Positions 59,401 through 64,000 of a stretch of DNA of 64,000 bases are shown here, in pieces. The position numbers and the translations under genes are program-made. The DNA lies in NCBI RefSeq assembly GCF_040938485.1, contig NW_027271504.1:2418001-2482000 (forward strand), given 5' to 3'. Source of the DNA: Diadema antillarum (Eukaryota). The notes beneath the pieces were generated by a model. That model worked only from the letters and a program-made list of their open reading frames with translations. It was not told where the DNA came from and ran no database searches. The first letter of the stretch is position 1, and each line of letters starts with the position of its first letter.

Positions 59401-62400
59401 CTACACCTATCTCTTCCTCTTGTATCGAACCATCCTAAAAGATTTTTTTTTCTTTTTTCGTTTGTGAAATACAGTGAACATCGTAAAATGACAACAAAAT
59501 CAGATTGTATAAAATATGTTTGTTAAGTTTTTTTAAACACCAGCGCAAAATGAGTAACATACATGCGTTGTTTGTCGTAACTTGCGAGGTATGTTACGCT
59601 GTTGGTGCCCAGCGGGAATGCGATGATTTCATAAATCATTTCCGATGTAATCCTATACAATGTATAATGATCGTTGCGTCCGAAGGGATTAAAAAATGCG
59701 TTCTTTATTTTCTTCCAAAATTTTTTTCGCGTTTTGTACACCAGTTCTTGAAAAATACGCTACAAGGTTGAATTTGGAATGTTGTGATCCTTTTGCGCAA
59801 ATATACCTCATAGACCATTCTGGTCTTCATTGTGAAATGCAGTGTTAAATGATAATGAACAAACGCAGATCTCTTAAAACTGTTAAATGCGTTTGTTTCT
59901 TTTTCTGAACACCAACTCAATTAAGTAGATTAACATGCGCTATTCAACTATTTTTACGCTGCTGTCACTCGGCGGGATTGCGATGATTTCATTCATTATT
60001 TCGGCTTTAATCATACACACTCATATTTATATAATCATTTATTACATGATAGTGAACAATCCCAGATCTATTTAAACTGTTAAATGTGTTTGTTTCTTTT
60101 TCTAAACACCGACTCAAGTAGATTAACATGCGCTATTCAACTATTTTTACGCTACTGTCACTCGGCGGGATTGCGATGATTTCATTAATTATTTCGGCTT
60201 TAATCATACACACTCATATTTATATAATCATTTGTTACATGATAACGAACAAACGCAGATCTATTCAAACTGTTAAAAGCGTTTGTTTCTTTTTCTGAAC
60301 ACCAACTCAATTAAGCAGATTAACATGCGATATTCAACTATTTTTACGCTACTGTCGCCCGGCGGGATCGCTATGATTTCATTAATTATTTCGGCTTTAA
60401 TCATATACACTCATAATAGTTACTAGCCAGCAAAACAACTGGAAGTCGGAACTAAAAATGGAAAGGGTACAATGATGAGTTGCACACGCATTTCAATGTT
60501 ATTGTCCATTTTGGCCACGAGTGTCGCTACATGAAAAGTTTTTGAATGCGTTATATTTTTTTTCTCTCGTTGCGCTGTGGTCTGACCTATCACGCACGCG
60601 TATCTCGCGAAATACAAAATCGAATGATTTTATTCAATAACTTAGTAGAAACATCGGAAGGTATTTCTGTGTCTTATGGCGTGGTTAAGAAGAAAACATG
60701 AACTACTCTGCAAAACGGGAAAGAGACATGGATAGCGTGAATTTGGTTTTCAATGTTCCCTTTGTCGCGTGTTTGAAAGCGGCAGTCAGGAAATGGAACC
60801 TCGCAAAAAAGAAAATGGAATGATTATGATTATGTTATGTGGTTTAACATGGAAAGAACGGTAGGCCCTATACTCGGTTATTCATCACTGATAATGGGCG
60901 GTAAAGAAGGATAACGATGGGACTGAATCATGTTTGTTTCCGAGTCTTCTTGCTTCAGAGAGTACATGTAGAGATCGAGACGGGACGGGCACTTGTGCAG
61001 TGCATTACTGCATTCTACACATACGTAAAACGGGGATAGCGTGAAATCGCTTTTCAATGTTTCGTTCGTGGCGTGATTGATAGAGGCAGGTCTAAGAAAT
61101 GGAACCTCGTTATATCCGATCAAATTGCTTATGTTTTTCTTTATCATGATGCACCGAAAATGTCCTCGTTATAACTGGAATCTCGTTATAACCGAACTCG
61201 TTATAACCGGTTCGTTCTGCCATAGGTTTACACGCAAAGGAAAACGGGACCGACGCGATCACCTCGTTATAACCGAACTCGTTATAACGGGGTTTCACTG
61301 TATTATTCAAATACAATTTTGTCCAAGTCCAAAATCCTAATATGTATCCAATTTAGATCAAATTTTCTCAAATGTGTTTACAAATTTCTCTTTCTTTTCG
61401 CACTAGTTCAAACTCGCCATTAAAGTTGACAAGACACATTGAAGTGATGGCTCCTTGTGGCGAGGGCTCATCTCCTCTGAAGAGGGACAGTGTGTAGATG
61501 GCTTACGCAGACAAAATGCTACACACTCATATGATATTTGCACTAGGACGAATTCTCTCAAGGAGAAAAATTTATAGATCTTGTGTTTCAAGGAATCAGC
61601 ATTGTTCCACACATTTCTGAAACCGTCTGGATGGAATATTTGTGCTTTTCTTGATTCTTGATGAAAATATCTCCGTAAAACACCATCAAGAAACTGTCCC
61701 ACACAGGCTTCTGCTACTTCTATAAGGTCTTGTCCTGATAACAAGAAGGCATATTAGGTTTTGATTTCTTCCTATGCCACATGAGCTTAGAAATTTATAT
61801 AAGTTAAATTATTCTGTGTGCCACGTTGAATTTGCACTACCAAGACAAAAAACAAATGTATAATGGAATTAATGGCCAAACAGATAAATGAATAAAAAAG
61901 TCAGTAAATCAATCAACTGAAGTATTTTAAGCACCAGAGTTTATCATTCTTACCTTTTGTTCACATACTTCAAAAAACAAAGATGGACAACTTTACAATA
62001 AAAAAGAGAGTCTTTATTGCAAAGAATTATTGATAGAGAGAAAGAGAGCACATAACTATGAGAATGATAAAGTTTCTGTGATTAAACCAGAGGTTGTGAA
62101 GATGGTGCACATCATACCTGATGCACGATGTCTGGCCTACAGTCTGAAGGCTCTCGCTTGTGCTTCTTCATCAGATGTTTGTGATGGTCACAATTCAGCA
62201 ATTCATATCCCTTGGATGTCTGCAAAACAATGGAATCTGACTGTGTACTGATCACTGTCTTTTCAAAGACAATTTTGTCTTATGATCATTGACAAATAAG
62301 AGAATGACAGGGATTTTAAAATTACACATGATAAAGCAAATTTAACAAACTGCTTGCTTTGACCAAAGATTAATCTGTATTTTATCAGAGACTCCAACCC

Positions 62401-63447
62401 TAAGCACCTTCCTTCTGATCTGGAGATTCTCCCGCCTGAAACCCCTATCAAACGGGAGACTCCAACTTGTTGTGCGCGAAGCGCACAATACGAGCACAAA
62501 GTTCCTTGCGGTCTAGGGTTCTATAGATGCTCTCTCGTGCTATCTAACTTGACTTATTTTTCAACATACAATGAAATTAAGTAAGAAATCCTTTCAAGCG
62601 GGAGAAATTGAATCTCAAGCGGGAGAACGGGAGATTCTGCAAAAATGGGCTTTCGACGGGAGATCTCCCGTCGAAAGCGGGAGAGTTGGAGCCTCTGTTT
62701 TATCATCGAGGACATGTTCCACAGACTGGACAGAGACTACATCTCGCTTCAACTCAAGGAGGCTAAGGTCCGTTAACCTTGAAAGTAAAACAATGTTATC
62801 AAACTTCTCTGCTCTTGACAGACAGACTTTTCTGTCTACTTACTACTACTTTACTTCTACTAACTACTGTCACAGTCGAGTGCTATCTATCCTGTGCAAG
62901 CATAAACATGATAAACTCACTCATATCTCATCTTGCTCATGTCTCACTGACACTGCACTGGATTCATTTTGACAAGTTTTTTTTTTTTTTGTCTCCACAC
63001 ATTTAATATTTATTAAATCCGTTTACAATGGTTTAGAATGCAATAAAATTCAACGTGCACTTGCATGGAACAGTTCCTCCCATGGAAAAGTAGCACCAGC
63101 TCTAAACTACAGTATAGGGTCTATCATGAATCTACTCGCTCTCTGCGCTGAGCTCTGCTCTATGCTGCTGACACAACGCAATAGAAAAACTTACACGACC
63201 ACAGATATGTGGGACAACGTTAACGTTTTATAGTTCTGAACTTCTGAAAACCAAATATGTCAAAGACACAATGAATGAAAAAAGAAATACAGTACGCTTG
63301 CTTGAGAAATACCTTGATGGTTTCAAGTGACGCATTTTCCAAGACAACAATAAGCCTCTTCCTTTGATTTTTGTCGTGCAGAGTTTTGATGACTCTCTGC
63401 TTTTTGCGCTGCCCTTCATCGTCATCTTCATGCTTTCTGCTTGCCAT
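56484..63447 (-). CDS. EMG1: Ribosomal RNA small subunit N1-pseudouridine methyltransferase NEP1, 239 aa, 5 exons
   Basis: Exons 63447-63313, 62219-62118, 58425-58284, 57331-57120, 56612-56484 (720 nt). Motifs: [96 protein letters not shown]. Confidence 0.97.
57645..58088 (+). mobile_element. HINE/Helitron-like non-autonomous element in EMG1 intron 3
   Basis: (GTCT)n microsatellite at ~57682-57705, an internal inverted repeat (~57810-58016), and a 3' hairpin ATGTAC/GTACAT followed by TGACTAGT. Confidence 0.65.
59045..61300. mobile_element. Tigger/pogo-like non-autonomous element, 2256 bp, with internal ~195 bp tandem repeat
   Basis: TA|CAGTGAAACCCCGTTATAACG ... CGTTATAACGGGGTTTCACTG|TA. Tandem units start at 59851, 60048 and 60241. 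No transposase ORF in the six-frame track. Confidence 0.85.
62386..62697. mobile_element. hAT-like MITE in EMG1 intron 1
   Basis: CAGAGACTCCAAC ... GTTGGAGCCTCTG termini and repeated GCGGGAGA subterminal motifs. TTTTAT occurs on both flanks, but there is no clean 8-bp TSD. Confidence 0.6.
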
Positions 63448-63660
63448 GCTGTTCCGTGTTTACCCAGTGCTAGCTAGCGGTAGACAACAAGTGCATATGC
63501 GCGGCCTGCCTCGCCCACAGTTCTGTGGCCTCGCCTCGGCTCTGGCTGACACACCGGCACGTCACGCGGCACCGTACCGTCTCCACACACTTATACACAC
63601 ACAGCTGAGTAGAGTACACAAAGGGAAAAGGCCTCGACTCGATGGTGCGACAGGTGTATC
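63448..63660 (-). promoter_or_regulatory. CpG-rich promoter/5'UTR of EMG1
   Basis: CpG-rich stretch upstream of the ATG, including a TGACGT (CRE-like) core on the minus strand near 63560. Confidence 0.5.
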
Positions 63661-63687
63661 TCTCCTACCTCCCAGCTCCCTCAAGCT

Positions 63688-63729
<42 letters not shown>
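63688..63729 (+). repeat. G42 homopolymer
   Basis: 42 consecutive G about 240 bp upstream of the EMG1 ATG. Confidence 0.9.
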
Positions 63730-63730
<1 letters not shown>

Positions 63731-64000
63731 CACAAAGCTGTTCTTAAAGTTACGAAGGACTTGATCAGTTCTTGTGCTGAATTACTAGTAGTATTGAGAT
63801 TCTAACAAGTATAGCACATAAGAAGGTATGAAATATTGTGAAATGATGCCACAAAGCAACTGTGACATCACAAAGCAATTCTGAAATTGTGCGCAGCTTT
63901 GCACCGTCACTCTGTGAAATGTAACAATTTCTACTAGCAAAACACTTGTGACGCCACAAAGGAATTTTGCGCACTGCTAGTACTGTCTCTCTGTGCAATT

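Noticed and set aside
18310-63447. Functional clustering of DNTTIP1, XNDC1-like and EMG1 as a nuclear or DNA-metabolism locus
   Set aside because: Each gene has its own CpG promoter and there is no shared regulatory signal. Adjacency alone is not evidence without synteny data.

Overview
Intron-rich, AT-rich metazoan genomic DNA. An invertebrate deuterostome such as a sea urchin is inferred only from the style of the repeat families. Five protein-coding genes were assembled by hand from GT-AG exons with consistent phases: the 3' part of PRODH (+, 72-7972), DNTTIP1 (+, 18310-27372, 371 aa), an XNDC1-like gene (-, 33729-46283, 973 aa), a 3-exon signal-anchored SRPBCC/polyketide-cyclase-like gene (-, 49396-52268, 180 aa) and EMG1/NEP1 (-, 56484-63447, 239 aa). 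Introns and intergenic DNA hold many non-autonomous DNA transposons (Tigger/pogo-like, piggyBac-like, Kolobok-like, Harbinger-like, hAT-like, Helentron/HINE-like), palindromes and microsatellites. No transposase ORF, tRNA, rRNA or CRISPR array was recognised. The strongest candidate for undescribed biology is the XNDC1-like protein: an XRCC1-N domain, two DEK-C-like/KEN-box modules from an intron-spanning duplication, two UBZ4 ubiquitin-binding zinc fingers and an RG/RGG tract, which suggests a DNA-damage scaffold. Next are the SRPBCC gene and a HINE-borne satellite forming a dimeric higher-order repeat. All domain and family calls come from manual motif recognition; no database searches were run.
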